From positions 1 through 58,747 of IMG/VR virus record IMGVR_UViG_3300033148_009015: a stretch of DNA of 58,747 bases. The stretch is one strand, 5' to 3'. The notes under the pieces were generated by a model that did not search any database, was not told the origin of the DNA, and saw only the letters and a program-made list of their open reading frames with translations. Positions 44,701-53,571 of the stretch are shown piece by piece; the stretch's first letter is position 1, and each line of letters opens with the position of its first letter. The position numbers and the translations under genes are program-made. This DNA comes from a virus (Duplodnaviria; Caudoviricetes).

Positions 44701-45406
44701 TGTGTGCTACAACGACGGCGGGACCCCGAAGATCACAGCCCCGTTCCCGGTCATTAGCGGCGGCATCATCGAGGCCAATACCATCCTGGCCTCGCACATC
44801 AACGTCGCGTCGCTGTCGGCCATCTCGGCGGCGCTCGGGACGATAACCAGCGGCTCGATAACGCTGAGCCTCGGCGGCGATACGCGCCTGCGGCTCGACA
44901 GCAACGGACTGTACGTGAGCGACGACGCCGGGAGCAACTGGACCGAGGTCATCAAGAACGAAAGCGGCAGTGTAAAGATGTTCGCCGACGTGCTCAAAGC
45001 CGGCGAAATAGTCACCGAGAAGCTCGCGGACCTGGGAGTGACCACCGGCAAATTGGCCAATAATGCAGCCACATATACCGCCACATACTGGGCTTCTGGG
45101 TCAACGTCGCTGGGAACAGGCTATTCAACGATAGCGTCGGCAACTATTAGTGCAACCAACAAAACAGTTTTCATCCATGTCTCGTGTCGCATAACTACGG
45201 CTGCTGCGAGCATTCAGCTTTCCGGCGGTGGGTTGGGCACAGTGGAATGGCAAATGATTTCTGCAGGCCAGTTTTCGGCGGTAATTGGCGATACATCGCC
45301 TGGTTCGGGGAATGTAACGTACTACCTGAAGGCTATGCGGGCTAATCCGACGTTTGCGTGTGAGGCGGAGCGGCGTGCGATGTTGATTACTGAGTTTCGC
45401 AAATAA
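41771..45406 (+). CDS. Tail tip/host specificity protein (gpI+gpJ-like)
   Basis: IPRFYG, ALGEGPV, YPGIAL, SDNPAWVLWDILT, CTVGDV. Confidence 0.88.
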   Translation: MQIVTVANPFERRVRDVRTVQYKGQSLLELLDEHFAQVEEQAGLHLPREGLYERIALSVNGLVVPRAFWASTRPREGDCVVIMPVVGKKSETKQILNAVAMIAAMVVVGPAAPGMIEAFGRIGAFVLGTAAVVGTGVLLQSLTPSPKLRSAEPDWDASPTYGWSPATAQRQGLAIPRFYGRNKLYGNVVAVHTEVDGSDDTKQRLKMLVALGEGPVEGVVAGSIKINGQPAANFSDVTTEERRGTLNQTAVSFFDETKPEYRPNRVVTNTGGSVTYTTPDDDFDDLEIELGFTRGLYYANDQGGLSSHSVGVKIELSVHEADSWSTLVETTISDATNAPKRASYRTGTSYPGGSSPTVTRGSKYDIRITKTTSDQSSARYADELRLLAVREVLDDDFAYPGIALLGVSALATDQLSGSVTVSCVQDGRIVNTYDGSSWTLQHSDNPAWVLWDILTRPVISGDGSTGSPYAIERYDGIPPSRLDSAAFYELAQFCDQLVDNGKGGTEKRITFNGGWDAGTTVWRAAMDVCAVARCSLVWNGANLTVAIDKADTPAQMFTVADIIQDSYRQMYMPQSELASEIEVHYRDADQDYERIPFSVVEPAIPSTASRITLDLVGVTKQSEAWRAAMHRLAKNRYLKSTVQIDADIDAIACTVGDVVYLQHDVPEWGQAARVASAPDAMTIIADKDLTYEPGQSYEVMLRKQDGALNQRSVSNLYSEITGVDTSARTFSIAGDYSAHYRDGDSIRVANSTGNDGTYTVSGNATAATGETVITVVEDIPDSTADGGLFNQRRVVVTLPFTDADGLAEAAAEDDMFYFGRQNIDLKKYRVLHLARSSEQRVSLTLIEYNENVYGPDGQTPTIPVADYSPPDSDLTVLGRPRSFGELRDLVPFSTVAGPKIDVPLTTNLAWSGSTAGSVYWSAADGTNPILLRYKGTTYEITPGNTANAYVYWDLASPTAFQSTNSLSSIDASADQWIVCYNDGGTPKITAPFPVISGGIIEANTILASHINVASLSAISAALGTITSGSITLSLGGDTRLRLDSNGLYVSDDAGSNWTEVIKNESGSVKMFADVLKAGEIVTEKLADLGVTTGKLANNAATYTATYWASGSTSLGTGYSTIASATISATNKTVFIHVSCRITTAAASIQLSGGGLGTVEWQMISAGQFSAVIGDTSPGSGNVTYYLKAMRANPTFACEAERRAMLITEFRK

Positions 45407-45415
45407 GTTCAAGAA

Positions 45416-45676
45416 ATGATGGACACGAGAATGCGCATCATAGCCGCGCTGGCGCTGGCCCTTGCGGCCACGTTGGCGGCGATTGCCCTGAACCGAGGTG
45501 GTGGGGCGCCCGCTGCCGCCGAGCGGCGCTACGCGCTGGTGCGCGACGCCGACGGTTCAGCTGTCGTCGTGGACCTCCAAAGTGCCACGAGCCGGGTGGT
45601 GCGTCGGCAGTATTCGGACAAGCCGCTGGTGCTCGCCGAAGACCAGTGGAGCGCAGGCCATGGCTGGAGCAGATAA
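45416..45676 (+). CDS. Small secreted/membrane protein
   Basis: N-terminal hydrophobic segment. Confidence 0.55.
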   Translation: MMDTRMRIIAALALALAATLAAIALNRGGGAPAAAERRYALVRDADGSAVVVDLQSATSRVVRRQYSDKPLVLAEDQWSAGHGWSR

Positions 45677-46259
45677 GGAAATCTACGTCGTCGGCTGCGG
45701 GCCGTCGCTGAGGGACTTCGACTGGCGGGTTCTCGCCGGCAGGACCACGATTGCTGTCAACGGCGCCTTGCGCGACGTGCCCGGGCCGAGCTTCTTCATT
45801 ACCGGCGACAGTGGCTTCGCGGTCTCGGCCGCACAGAACGACTTCTGGGGCGTTGAGACGCGCAAGGTGCTCGTCATGCGCGAGGACCACCGCTATTGGC
45901 CGCGCGTCCGGCCGTACGCGCCCAAGTACGACCATCGAATCAGGCCGGCGCGGTTCGACGGCGAAATCGGACTGAGCGAGGCGGACTTCGCCACCGGGCG
46001 CAACAGCGGCTTCTGCGGAATGCAGTACGCCGCCATTCTCGGCGCGCGCGTGATACATCTGTTGGGCATGGACTTCGCCGACGGAGGCAGCCCGTCGCTC
46101 AACTATCACGGCCGTTACCGCTCCAACGGCTCGCGCTGGATCGAGTTCTTCGACAACTTCATCGTCGGCATTCATCGGCTCCAGCGCTGCGGCGTCCGCG
46201 TCGTCAACCACAGCCCGATAAGCAGGCTCAACGAAATCCTGGAGTGCGAGGAAATCTAA
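45660..46259 (+). CDS. DUF115/Maf-like glycosyltransferase-related protein
   Basis: YVVGCGPSL, TIAVNGA, NSG...ILGARVIHLLGMD. Confidence 0.75.
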   Translation: MAGADKEIYVVGCGPSLRDFDWRVLAGRTTIAVNGALRDVPGPSFFITGDSGFAVSAAQNDFWGVETRKVLVMREDHRYWPRVRPYAPKYDHRIRPARFDGEIGLSEADFATGRNSGFCGMQYAAILGARVIHLLGMDFADGGSPSLNYHGRYRSNGSRWIEFFDNFIVGIHRLQRCGVRVVNHSPISRLNEILECEEI

Positions 46260-46865
46260 ATGGCGACGATGCCGATGATAGTGTCGCACTACACCATCGG
46301 GACCGGCTATGAGCAGGAGGTGCGCAACCTGCGCGAGTCGCTGCTCGCGCTGGGACTGGACCACGATATAGAGCCGGTCGCCTCGCTCGGCTCGTGGCGA
46401 GCCAACAGCAACTACTGCGCCGCCCAAGTGCGGAAAATGCTGGACAAATGGTCGCCGCGGCCCGTGCTCCGCGTGGATGCCGACGCGGTGTTCCGCAGCA
46501 GGCCGGACATCTTCGTCTCGCCCGGCTTCGACGGCGTGGACGTTGCCGCGTGCATCTGGGACAACTCGCGCCTGCGGCCGGCCGGGGAGCTGCTCGGCGG
46601 CACGCTGTACTTCGCCAATAGCCCCGCCGCCCGCCGACTCGTGGCCGAGTGGGTAGCCGAGTGCGCACGGAAGCCCACGCGGCGCAACGGCGACCTGCTC
46701 CAGGACATCCTCGGAAGGCACAAGGACGACATCGTCTTCAGGCGGCTGCCGCTCGCCTACTGCAAGATATTCGACCGCATGCCCGGCGACATCGTGCCCG
46801 TCATAGAGCACTTTCAGGCGTCGCGGCGCTTCAAGCGGCAGGTGAACGCAGGGGGAGGCCGCTGA
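46260..46865 (+). CDS. GT-A-fold nucleotide-diphospho-sugar transferase
   Basis: VDADA DxD motif, ELLGGTLYF, LP..YCKIFD, VIEHFQASR. Confidence 0.75.
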   Translation: MATMPMIVSHYTIGTGYEQEVRNLRESLLALGLDHDIEPVASLGSWRANSNYCAAQVRKMLDKWSPRPVLRVDADAVFRSRPDIFVSPGFDGVDVAACIWDNSRLRPAGELLGGTLYFANSPAARRLVAEWVAECARKPTRRNGDLLQDILGRHKDDIVFRRLPLAYCKIFDRMPGDIVPVIEHFQASRRFKRQVNAGGGR

Positions 46866-47665
46866 TGCATTGGACGTTCATGGCATATCACCGCGCCGAC
46901 GATAACATGCTGGAGACCTGCGTGCACAGCCTGCGCCGCGCGAACGGCCGGGCCGGCATCGTCATAGCCACGGACGGCGTGCCCGAGGGCGTCGAACGCA
47001 GCCTCGCGGAGGAGTGCGGCGTCCGCTGGGTGCACGTGCCCGCCGAGCAGATGCATAGGCGCCGCGCCACGTGCAAGATAGAGGCGCTGCGCGCCTTCGT
47101 CGCCGGGCTGCCGGATGGCGACATCGTCCTGGTCTCGGACGTGGACGTGTACTTCCGGGGCGACCCGTTCGTGCCCGCCTCGTCGAGCCCGGAGATGCAT
47201 CTGGCCGTGACGACGCGCGGATACGACTACCCGTTCCCCATCAATGGCGGGGTCTTCTATCTGAGGCTCGTCCCGCCGACCCGCGCCTGGCTGGACTGGC
47301 ACCTCCAGGAAATCTACCGGCCGGCCTGGCCGCCCTACGTCCAGCACCGCAAGCGGTTCAACCACGAGCGGTACGGCCTGGACTGGTCGGTCGGCCAGGA
47401 CTTTCTGGTGGTTACGTGGCAGCGGCGCGAGGAGCTCCTGAAGGAGCGGGGGCTGCGGGTCGTGGACTTCGGGCCGCGATATAACTACTGCCCGCCTACG
47501 GACGTGCACGGCCCCGCTGCCTTCGATATGGTCTGGGCCGCGCTCGAGGACGGCAGCGACGTAGTCGTCGTGCACCTCAAATCCGGCCTGAAGAAGATGA
47601 TTTACGACAGCCGGTTCCCGCACGCGATAATCCGGCATCCGAAAGGGAGGCTCTCATGGCTTTGA
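46865..47665 (+). CDS. GT-A-fold nucleotide-diphospho-sugar transferase
   Basis: SDVDVYF, INGGVFY, GQD, YNY, VVHLK. Confidence 0.75.
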   Translation: MHWTFMAYHRADDNMLETCVHSLRRANGRAGIVIATDGVPEGVERSLAEECGVRWVHVPAEQMHRRRATCKIEALRAFVAGLPDGDIVLVSDVDVYFRGDPFVPASSSPEMHLAVTTRGYDYPFPINGGVFYLRLVPPTRAWLDWHLQEIYRPAWPPYVQHRKRFNHERYGLDWSVGQDFLVVTWQRREELLKERGLRVVDFGPRYNYCPPTDVHGPAAFDMVWAALEDGSDVVVVHLKSGLKKMIYDSRFPHAIIRHPKGRLSWL

Positions 47666-48396
47666 AGCGAGCCGTCATCGTCGCCAGCTTCGGCGACAGG
47701 GACCGGCAAATACACGAGACCATAACGAACCTCATGGAGTACTGCGACCTGCCCATCCACCTGGTCACGGACCGCACGAGACAAGCGCCCCGGGACCGGG
47801 TCGTCCAGCGGGTGCTCCAGCCCGGCGAGCTGCGCTGGCGCGAGCACCGGCGCTGGGGGGTGCGCAACGCCAACATCTGGCTGGCCCGCGCAGCGCTCGA
47901 GGCGACGGACTATTCCTCGGTAATGTGCCTGAACGACGACATGCGCATAGTGCACCACGGCTTCCTGGACGGCTTCGCGCTCGCCGAGAAGTTCGGCGTC
48001 TGCGTGCCGTCCAACCCGCGAATCTATGTCCGTTATAACGCCATGGGCGCGGACGCCACGGACGCCGACCTGGAGCGGGCGATGCGGACCGCGCCATACG
48101 CGCCGGCCTGCAACGTGAGCCCGCTATTCGCGTCGCAGCTGCCGGCAGCCAGGACGCTGCTGCAAGCCTATCTGGACGAGCTGGAGACCTGTATGCGCGG
48201 GACCCTGGCGATATGGTTCGCCTCGTGGAGAACGGGCATTACGCCCGTGTACCTGCCGGAGTTCTGGTGCGTCTGCGAGGGCAACGCCAGGCACATCCGC
48301 GACTACCGGAAGAGGCTGCGGGGCAAGACGCACGACATTCCGCCCATGATGCTGCACGTCGGGCAGAAGGGCGTGCGGGAGGTATTCGATGCTTGA
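47656..48396 (+). CDS. Putative glycosyltransferase-like protein
   Basis: IHLVTD, CLNDDM, YLPEFW; cluster context. Confidence 0.55.
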   Translation: MALKRAVIVASFGDRDRQIHETITNLMEYCDLPIHLVTDRTRQAPRDRVVQRVLQPGELRWREHRRWGVRNANIWLARAALEATDYSSVMCLNDDMRIVHHGFLDGFALAEKFGVCVPSNPRIYVRYNAMGADATDADLERAMRTAPYAPACNVSPLFASQLPAARTLLQAYLDELETCMRGTLAIWFASWRTGITPVYLPEFWCVCEGNARHIRDYRKRLRGKTHDIPPMMLHVGQKGVREVFDA

Positions 48397-49531
48397 CGAG
48401 GCCGAGTTGAGCAGGCGCATCGAGGCCGCCGGCCGCATCCGCCGATGGTATCAGGCGGTGCCCTACGGCGACGTTAAATACGGACATCACTTCGACGACG
48501 GCCGGACGAACCCGCGCTCCTACGGCGACGGCCGTTGGGCGCACTACATTCGACCCGCGATAGCCCGCATAGAGGCGGAGCTCGACCCGCCCCGTTCGGC
48601 GCTCTGCGAGGTCGGCTGCAGCGCCGGGCTGTTCCTGCTGCGGGCCTGGGAGCAGTTCGGGTTCCGCCGGCTCATCGGCGTCGAGGCCGGGCGCGGTGCC
48701 TATGAGCAGCTGCGCATCACCGCGGACTACTACGACGCGATGCCCCTGCGGACGCATCTGAACCGCGTCGGCCGGGCCGAGCCGAACATCGCGGACGACC
48801 GGGTTCCGCCCCTGGACTTGGAGCGCTTCCCTATCGTGGACTTGACCCTGCTGAGCTGCGTGCACTATCACATGCAGGAGCAGGACCTGCGCGAATACCT
48901 CCGCGCCCTGAGTAGAAAGAGCCTGTTCCTGCTCGTCGTCACCGACGAAAACGCCGGCCATGTGACGCGCCCGGACGCGAAATTCGCGGCCGAGCTGGCG
49001 CAGAGCACCGGCCGCTGGCAGCTCGTCGCCGAGGACAAGACGCCCGCCGAGTGGCTGCGACCCCCACAGAAGCCGCCCTGCAAGGACCTCACGGCATTGA
49101 CATTCCGCAGCGCCAAACTGCGGCGCCTGCCGACAGAGGAGTGCTTCGAGCAGCAAATCGCCAACAGCGCCGTGAACAGGCGATTCTATACGAGGGTGTT
49201 CCCCGCGTTCATCGACGGCGTGCTGGCAGGCCGAATCAAGGCCGACGGCCTCAAGGGGACGCAGGTCTACAGGTGCCAAACGTGCGGCGGGGGCCGCTGC
49301 GACATCGGGGCCGAAGACGGGCAGCCGCCCTGCGAGACTACGGCCTGGCCGCCGGATGTTGCAGTGGAGCGGACGATGTCGTATTATCAGATGGTGCACT
49401 CGATGCACGACCACGGCCAAGAGCAGCCGATTAGGCTGCTCACATCCGCCAAGGCGAGCGACCCCTGGGACGGGCACCACCGCGTCGGCGTGGCGCATCA
49501 TCTGGGGCTGCCATACGTGTACGGAGCGTGA
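48389..49531 (+). CDS. SAM-dependent methyltransferase with C-terminal ParB/Srx-like motif
   Basis: CEVGCSAG, LIGVE, LLSCVHYH; C-terminal QEQPI...DGHHR. Confidence 0.7.
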   Translation: MLDEAELSRRIEAAGRIRRWYQAVPYGDVKYGHHFDDGRTNPRSYGDGRWAHYIRPAIARIEAELDPPRSALCEVGCSAGLFLLRAWEQFGFRRLIGVEAGRGAYEQLRITADYYDAMPLRTHLNRVGRAEPNIADDRVPPLDLERFPIVDLTLLSCVHYHMQEQDLREYLRALSRKSLFLLVVTDENAGHVTRPDAKFAAELAQSTGRWQLVAEDKTPAEWLRPPQKPPCKDLTALTFRSAKLRRLPTEECFEQQIANSAVNRRFYTRVFPAFIDGVLAGRIKADGLKGTQVYRCQTCGGGRCDIGAEDGQPPCETTAWPPDVAVERTMSYYQMVHSMHDHGQEQPIRLLTSAKASDPWDGHHRVGVAHHLGLPYVYGA

Positions 49532-49535
49532 AGCG

Positions 49536-50426
49536 ATGTTCGGACCGAACGTAGTCGCCGACGGCACTGGCGCCTGCTACCATCACCGGGAGCCGGCGTT
49601 CCACCGGCTGCTCGATTCGCTCGAGCGCGAGATGGCCGAGAGGTTCGGACTGGACGACTACCGGTTCCTGTTCGTGGCCGGCAGCGGCACGACAGCGAAC
49701 GAGGCGGTCATCCACAGCTGGCGGCACCGGTTCCGATACCTGTTCGCCGACGCCGAGTTCGGGGTCCGGTTGCGGCGCATCGGCGAGGCGCATCCGAGGC
49801 CGGCCGCGCAGCCAAAGGAGCGGTTCGTAGCCTATCCGTACTATGAGACGAGCATCTCCCGCGTGAACCGCTGGACGCAGCCGGACGAGACCGAGGCGTG
49901 CCTCGTCGATATGGTCTCGGCGTTCCCCTACTATCGGCCGCCGGCCGGCACCGCCGTCTGGACGACGGTGAGCTCCAAGCAGCTGGGAGCGTACCCGGTG
50001 GTCGGCATAATCGCGGTGCACAGAGCCGCCGACATCGACGCCTACGTGCACGAGTCGCCGGCGCAGGGCTCGGCCCTGAGCCTGAGCAGCTATCTGCGGT
50101 TTGCCGCCCGGCATGAGACGCCGACCACGCCGCCCATTTTCCTGCTGCGCGACCTGCTCGAGCGCCTACAGCGGCTCGACCCGGCCGAACTGCGGACCAG
50201 GATAGACCAACGACGGCGCATCATCGAGCAGCTCGTGCCGCCCGAGGCCATGGTGGGCGAAGGCCCCGTCGTCACCCTGAAGCCGCTGCCGCCAATCACG
50301 GCAATAGCCGCGGCGTTCCGCCTGTATCGCGGCGCCTATGGCTACCAGATATTCTTGTGGTCCGGCACCGACGCCGATTACGAGATGCTCTACGATTCAT
50401 TGGAGAAATGCCATGCCAAACCTTGA
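49536..50426 (+). CDS. PLP-dependent aminotransferase class V-like
   Basis: HHRE..F, GSGTTANEA, YETS, VDMVSAF, SSKQLGA, TPTTP. Confidence 0.8.
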   Translation: MFGPNVVADGTGACYHHREPAFHRLLDSLEREMAERFGLDDYRFLFVAGSGTTANEAVIHSWRHRFRYLFADAEFGVRLRRIGEAHPRPAAQPKERFVAYPYYETSISRVNRWTQPDETEACLVDMVSAFPYYRPPAGTAVWTTVSSKQLGAYPVVGIIAVHRAADIDAYVHESPAQGSALSLSSYLRFAARHETPTTPPIFLLRDLLERLQRLDPAELRTRIDQRRRIIEQLVPPEAMVGEGPVVTLKPLPPITAIAAAFRLYRGAYGYQIFLWSGTDADYEMLYDSLEKCHAKP

Positions 50427-51489
50427 CGACTGGACGCGCGAGGCCGACCAGCCCCGCGTACTCTGCGCGATGGCCAAGGGCGTGAGATGGCGCATCTATG
50501 AGCTCGAGCAGTGCCAGAGGCACCTCGGGCTCACCAGGGACATACCGCCCGAGAGCGTCACCCGGCTCAACGTGAGCCGCCCCGACGCCAGGATAATCTT
50601 CTGGAAGCTGCACACCGAGTCCACGACACCGGCGCAGCTCCAGGTCTGCACGCGGGCGGCCGACCGGCTGCCGCAGGTCCGGCACATAAACGACCCGCGC
50701 GGCTGGATGGCCTGCCACGCCAAGGAGGTCGCCTTCGCCATCTGGCAGCGGCACGACATACCCTGCCCCCAGTGGTTCGAGTTCCGCGACGAGCGGAGCT
50801 TCAATGCGAACCAGTCGTTCGACTTCCCGATGCTGGTGCGCATAAACAACAGCACGGGCGGGCGCTTCTCCTGGCTCGTCCGGTCGTTCGACGAGGTGCG
50901 CGGGCGCCTGCCGGCGCTCAGGCAGGGGATGGCCTACCATCACGACGGCTTTCCGAGCATCGGCGTCGGTCGCAAGATAATCGCCGTGCAGTACGTTCCG
51001 ACCGAGCGGCCGGAGGGCGTGAACCTGAGCTTCCGCATCATCGTCGCCGGCAACCGCGTAGTGACGGGCTACGCCCGCATCGGTCCGGCCCGCGACTGGA
51101 TTGCCATCACGAACAGGTTCGAGCCGTGGATGGAGGAGCCCTTCATCGCATATCAGCGGCTCTGCCAGCAGTTCTGCGAGCAGAACGAGCAGCTCGTCGT
51201 CAAGGCCGTCAAGGTGCTCGGGCTTAACTTTCAGGGTGTTGACGTGATTCTGGACCGGCAGAACCGCCCGTACTTCCTGGAGGTTCAGCCCGGCTTCTCT
51301 GTGGGCTACGCCGACCGCAAGGCGTGGCACCCGCCGTTCTACAACCCGACGCGCCCGGCATCGCTCGTGAAGTTCCTCATCGCGAACCGGGACCGAATCA
51401 AGGCCGAGGCGCCGCTCTACCACGACTACTGGCTTGACAAGCACGCCATGTTCGACCGGGCGTTCCGCGCCCTCGCGGAGGTGCTCTGA
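50413..51489 (+). CDS. ATP-grasp ligase (RimK-like)
   Basis: FP.LVR...TGG, VQYV, RIIVAG, LGLNFQGVDVI...YFLEVQ. Confidence 0.8.
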   Translation: MPNLDDWTREADQPRVLCAMAKGVRWRIYELEQCQRHLGLTRDIPPESVTRLNVSRPDARIIFWKLHTESTTPAQLQVCTRAADRLPQVRHINDPRGWMACHAKEVAFAIWQRHDIPCPQWFEFRDERSFNANQSFDFPMLVRINNSTGGRFSWLVRSFDEVRGRLPALRQGMAYHHDGFPSIGVGRKIIAVQYVPTERPEGVNLSFRIIVAGNRVVTGYARIGPARDWIAITNRFEPWMEEPFIAYQRLCQQFCEQNEQLVVKAVKVLGLNFQGVDVILDRQNRPYFLEVQPGFSVGYADRKAWHPPFYNPTRPASLVKFLIANRDRIKAEAPLYHDYWLDKHAMFDRAFRALAEVL

Positions 51490-51490
51490 A

Positions 51491-52009
51491 ATGCCCGCGG
51501 AAGCCCGCTACGTCGGCTGCGACATCGACAGCACCATGTGCGACCACTGGCGCCGGATTCGGCGGCACACGCTGCCGAGTTGGCCGGGCACGTCCATAGC
51601 GCCTACCGCCTGGTCGCGGGACGAGGTGCTCAAAGACAGGTTGCTGCCGTACTGCCTGGGCGTGCTGCGCAGCATCAAGGGCCTCGGCCTGCGAATCCGC
51701 TACGTGACGGCGCGCGGCTGGAAGGACGCCCACGAAGTCACTATCGAGCAGCTGCGTCGCTGGGGCGTGCCGGATGCCGACGACGTGATACTCGTGCCGA
51801 GGCTGGCCGAGAAGGTGGGGCTGCTGGAACCGAGCGTCTATCGCTTCTACATCGACGACTTCACGACCGGGCAGGAGAGCAACATAGGGACGTTCCACGC
51901 CGAGGTCGCCCATGCCATTCAGGCCAAGGGCGTAAGGGTCATGGTCTTCCGCGGCGACTGGCGGGATATCTGGGAGCAAATCCAGCTCTACGAGGCGCGA
52001 GACAGATGA
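51491..52009 (+). CDS. HAD-superfamily phosphatase
   Basis: DIDSTM, VTAR, K, YIDD motifs. Confidence 0.8.
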   Translation: MPAEARYVGCDIDSTMCDHWRRIRRHTLPSWPGTSIAPTAWSRDEVLKDRLLPYCLGVLRSIKGLGLRIRYVTARGWKDAHEVTIEQLRRWGVPDADDVILVPRLAEKVGLLEPSVYRFYIDDFTTGQESNIGTFHAEVAHAIQAKGVRVMVFRGDWRDIWEQIQLYEARDR

Positions 52010-52623
52010 GAGTGCTGATGCTGATGGCACATCCTGACGACGAGACAATCTTCGGCTGGCCGATTCTCCAGAGAGGCGCCGACTATGAGGCTTCCGTCCT
52101 TGTGCTCGCCGACAACTCGGGCAAGCGGGGCGAAGGCCCGATACGCGCGTTGCACGAGGTCTGCCGGCGCAACAACGCATATCTCATCGACCTGCCGCGG
52201 CTGGACAACAACTTCTACCGCCTGCCGCCACGATATGCCGGGTTCTGTCTACCGGACGCCGTGGCAATGTTCCGGGCCAACATCGAGAAGGCGCTGGCGC
52301 TGAGCCGGGCCGAGGCCGTGTTCTCGCATAACTTCGTCGGCGAATACGGCCACGGCGACCATCGCATGGCCTGCGCGCTCGCGTCCGAGCTCGACGTGCC
52401 TATTCTGATGACGGACATTTGCCTGGCCAACCGCTGCCATCTGTCGCGCGATTCCATGCCGCCGTTGCTGCTCCGCCGCATCTACAGGCCGGCCAACATC
52501 ATTGCCGACTGCTCGCTCGACCGGGCCTGGTATGGCGAAATGCGGCGGGTCTACGAGCGGCACAAAGCCTGGTCATGGGGTGGGCACCAGCCGGTGACGA
52601 CCTGCAGGCTCTTCCGTCTCTGA
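52006..52623 (+). CDS. PIG-L family N-deacetylase
   Basis: AHPDDE, HN..GEYGHGDH. Confidence 0.85.
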   Translation: MRVLMLMAHPDDETIFGWPILQRGADYEASVLVLADNSGKRGEGPIRALHEVCRRNNAYLIDLPRLDNNFYRLPPRYAGFCLPDAVAMFRANIEKALALSRAEAVFSHNFVGEYGHGDHRMACALASELDVPILMTDICLANRCHLSRDSMPPLLLRRIYRPANIIADCSLDRAWYGEMRRVYERHKAWSWGGHQPVTTCRLFRL

Positions 52624-52630
52624 GGCCCTG

Positions 52631-53077
52631 TCACCTGATGCCGACCCGCCTGAAAATCGCGGCCGAGTAGATTACGTCCGCCAGGTACTTGCGGGCGCGC
52701 TGCTCGAGCAACGCCCGCTTGACGCTGCGCCCAGGCGGACGAGAGATGACCAGAACCAGCCGCTCGCCGGGGTAGTCCAGCGACATCTGCCGGAACTTGT
52801 ACACGTCCTTCTGCCGCAGCGCCGTCTTGACCTCGTGCCACTCGACCGACGCGTCCGGCTTGACGATGCGGAAGTCCGGCGTATAGACGCCCCGCTTACG
52901 ATAGCGCTCCCGGAAGACGAACTGCCGCGGCTCGTACTGCCACTGGCGTATCTCGCCGCAGCGGCGCAGCATCTCCAGCCACGTGGCCCACTTGCGTTCT
53001 TCCTTGCTGCGGAAGGTCACGCCGAAGGCCGACTGCGGCTGATTGTGCCACTCGTATTCAATTCGCCGAGTTGCCAT
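52631..53077 (-). CDS. PD-(D/E)xK endonuclease (DUF1064-like)
   Basis: FRSKEE, YEP..F, YTPDF, HEVK. Confidence 0.8.
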   Translation of the reverse strand: MATRRIEYEWHNQPQSAFGVTFRSKEERKWATWLEMLRRCGEIRQWQYEPRQFVFRERYRKRGVYTPDFRIVKPDASVEWHEVKTALRQKDVYKFRQMSLDYPGERLVLVISRPPGRSVKRALLEQRARKYLADVIYSAAIFRRVGIR

Positions 53078-53306
53078 CTTCTGCGTCGGTGAACTGGAAA
53101 TCTCCGACCTTCCCGCTCGCTATCAGCAGCAGCAAATCCGCCATACCACAGGCGTAGTGGAGAAGCGCCTTACGGCCCCCTCCATGCTTGCGAAGATACT
53201 CGTAGCCCGGCGCATTGCTTTCTGCGGCCTCTTTCACGAGGGCAATTGAGGCCCCCGCCAATATCTCGTCCATAGGCCCTGTAAAGTTATACCACTGTGA
53301 TGTCAT
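53058..53306 (-). CDS. Hypothetical protein
   Basis: RBS AAGGAG; coupled ORF. Confidence 0.65.
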   Translation of the reverse strand: MTSQWYNFTGPMDEILAGASIALVKEAAESNAPGYEYLRKHGGGRKALLHYACGMADLLLLIASGKVGDFQFTDAEDGNSAN

Positions 53307-53542
53307 TGTGTGCTCCTTGTTTCCGGTTCATGCTCGTCTCCCTGCAAGAGGCTGTCCGCGATTGCCGCCGGTACGCGCGTCGGGTCGAGCCCCATCTCAC
53401 GCAGGCGCCGCTCGACCTCGCGTATGCGGCGGGTGTGCGCCCGCAGCAGCGCCTCGCGCCGCGGGTCGTCCGGGCGCGGCACGTATCTGGCGCGGGTGCG
53501 GACCTTCTCGACCGTCCTGAGGCGAAAGTCGTATCGCATCAT
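53303..53542 (-). CDS. Hypothetical protein
   Basis: 79 aa coupled ORF. Confidence 0.6.
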   Translation of the reverse strand: MMRYDFRLRTVEKVRTRARYVPRPDDPRREALLRAHTRRIREVERRLREMGLDPTRVPAAIADSLLQGDEHEPETRSTQ

Positions 53543-53571
53543 AGGCTCCGTCCTGGGCGCAGCGCCCGCAC

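Noticed and set aside
41771-45406. Diversity-generating retroelement acting on the tail tip
   Set aside because: No reverse transcriptase and no adenine-variant repeat pair seen.
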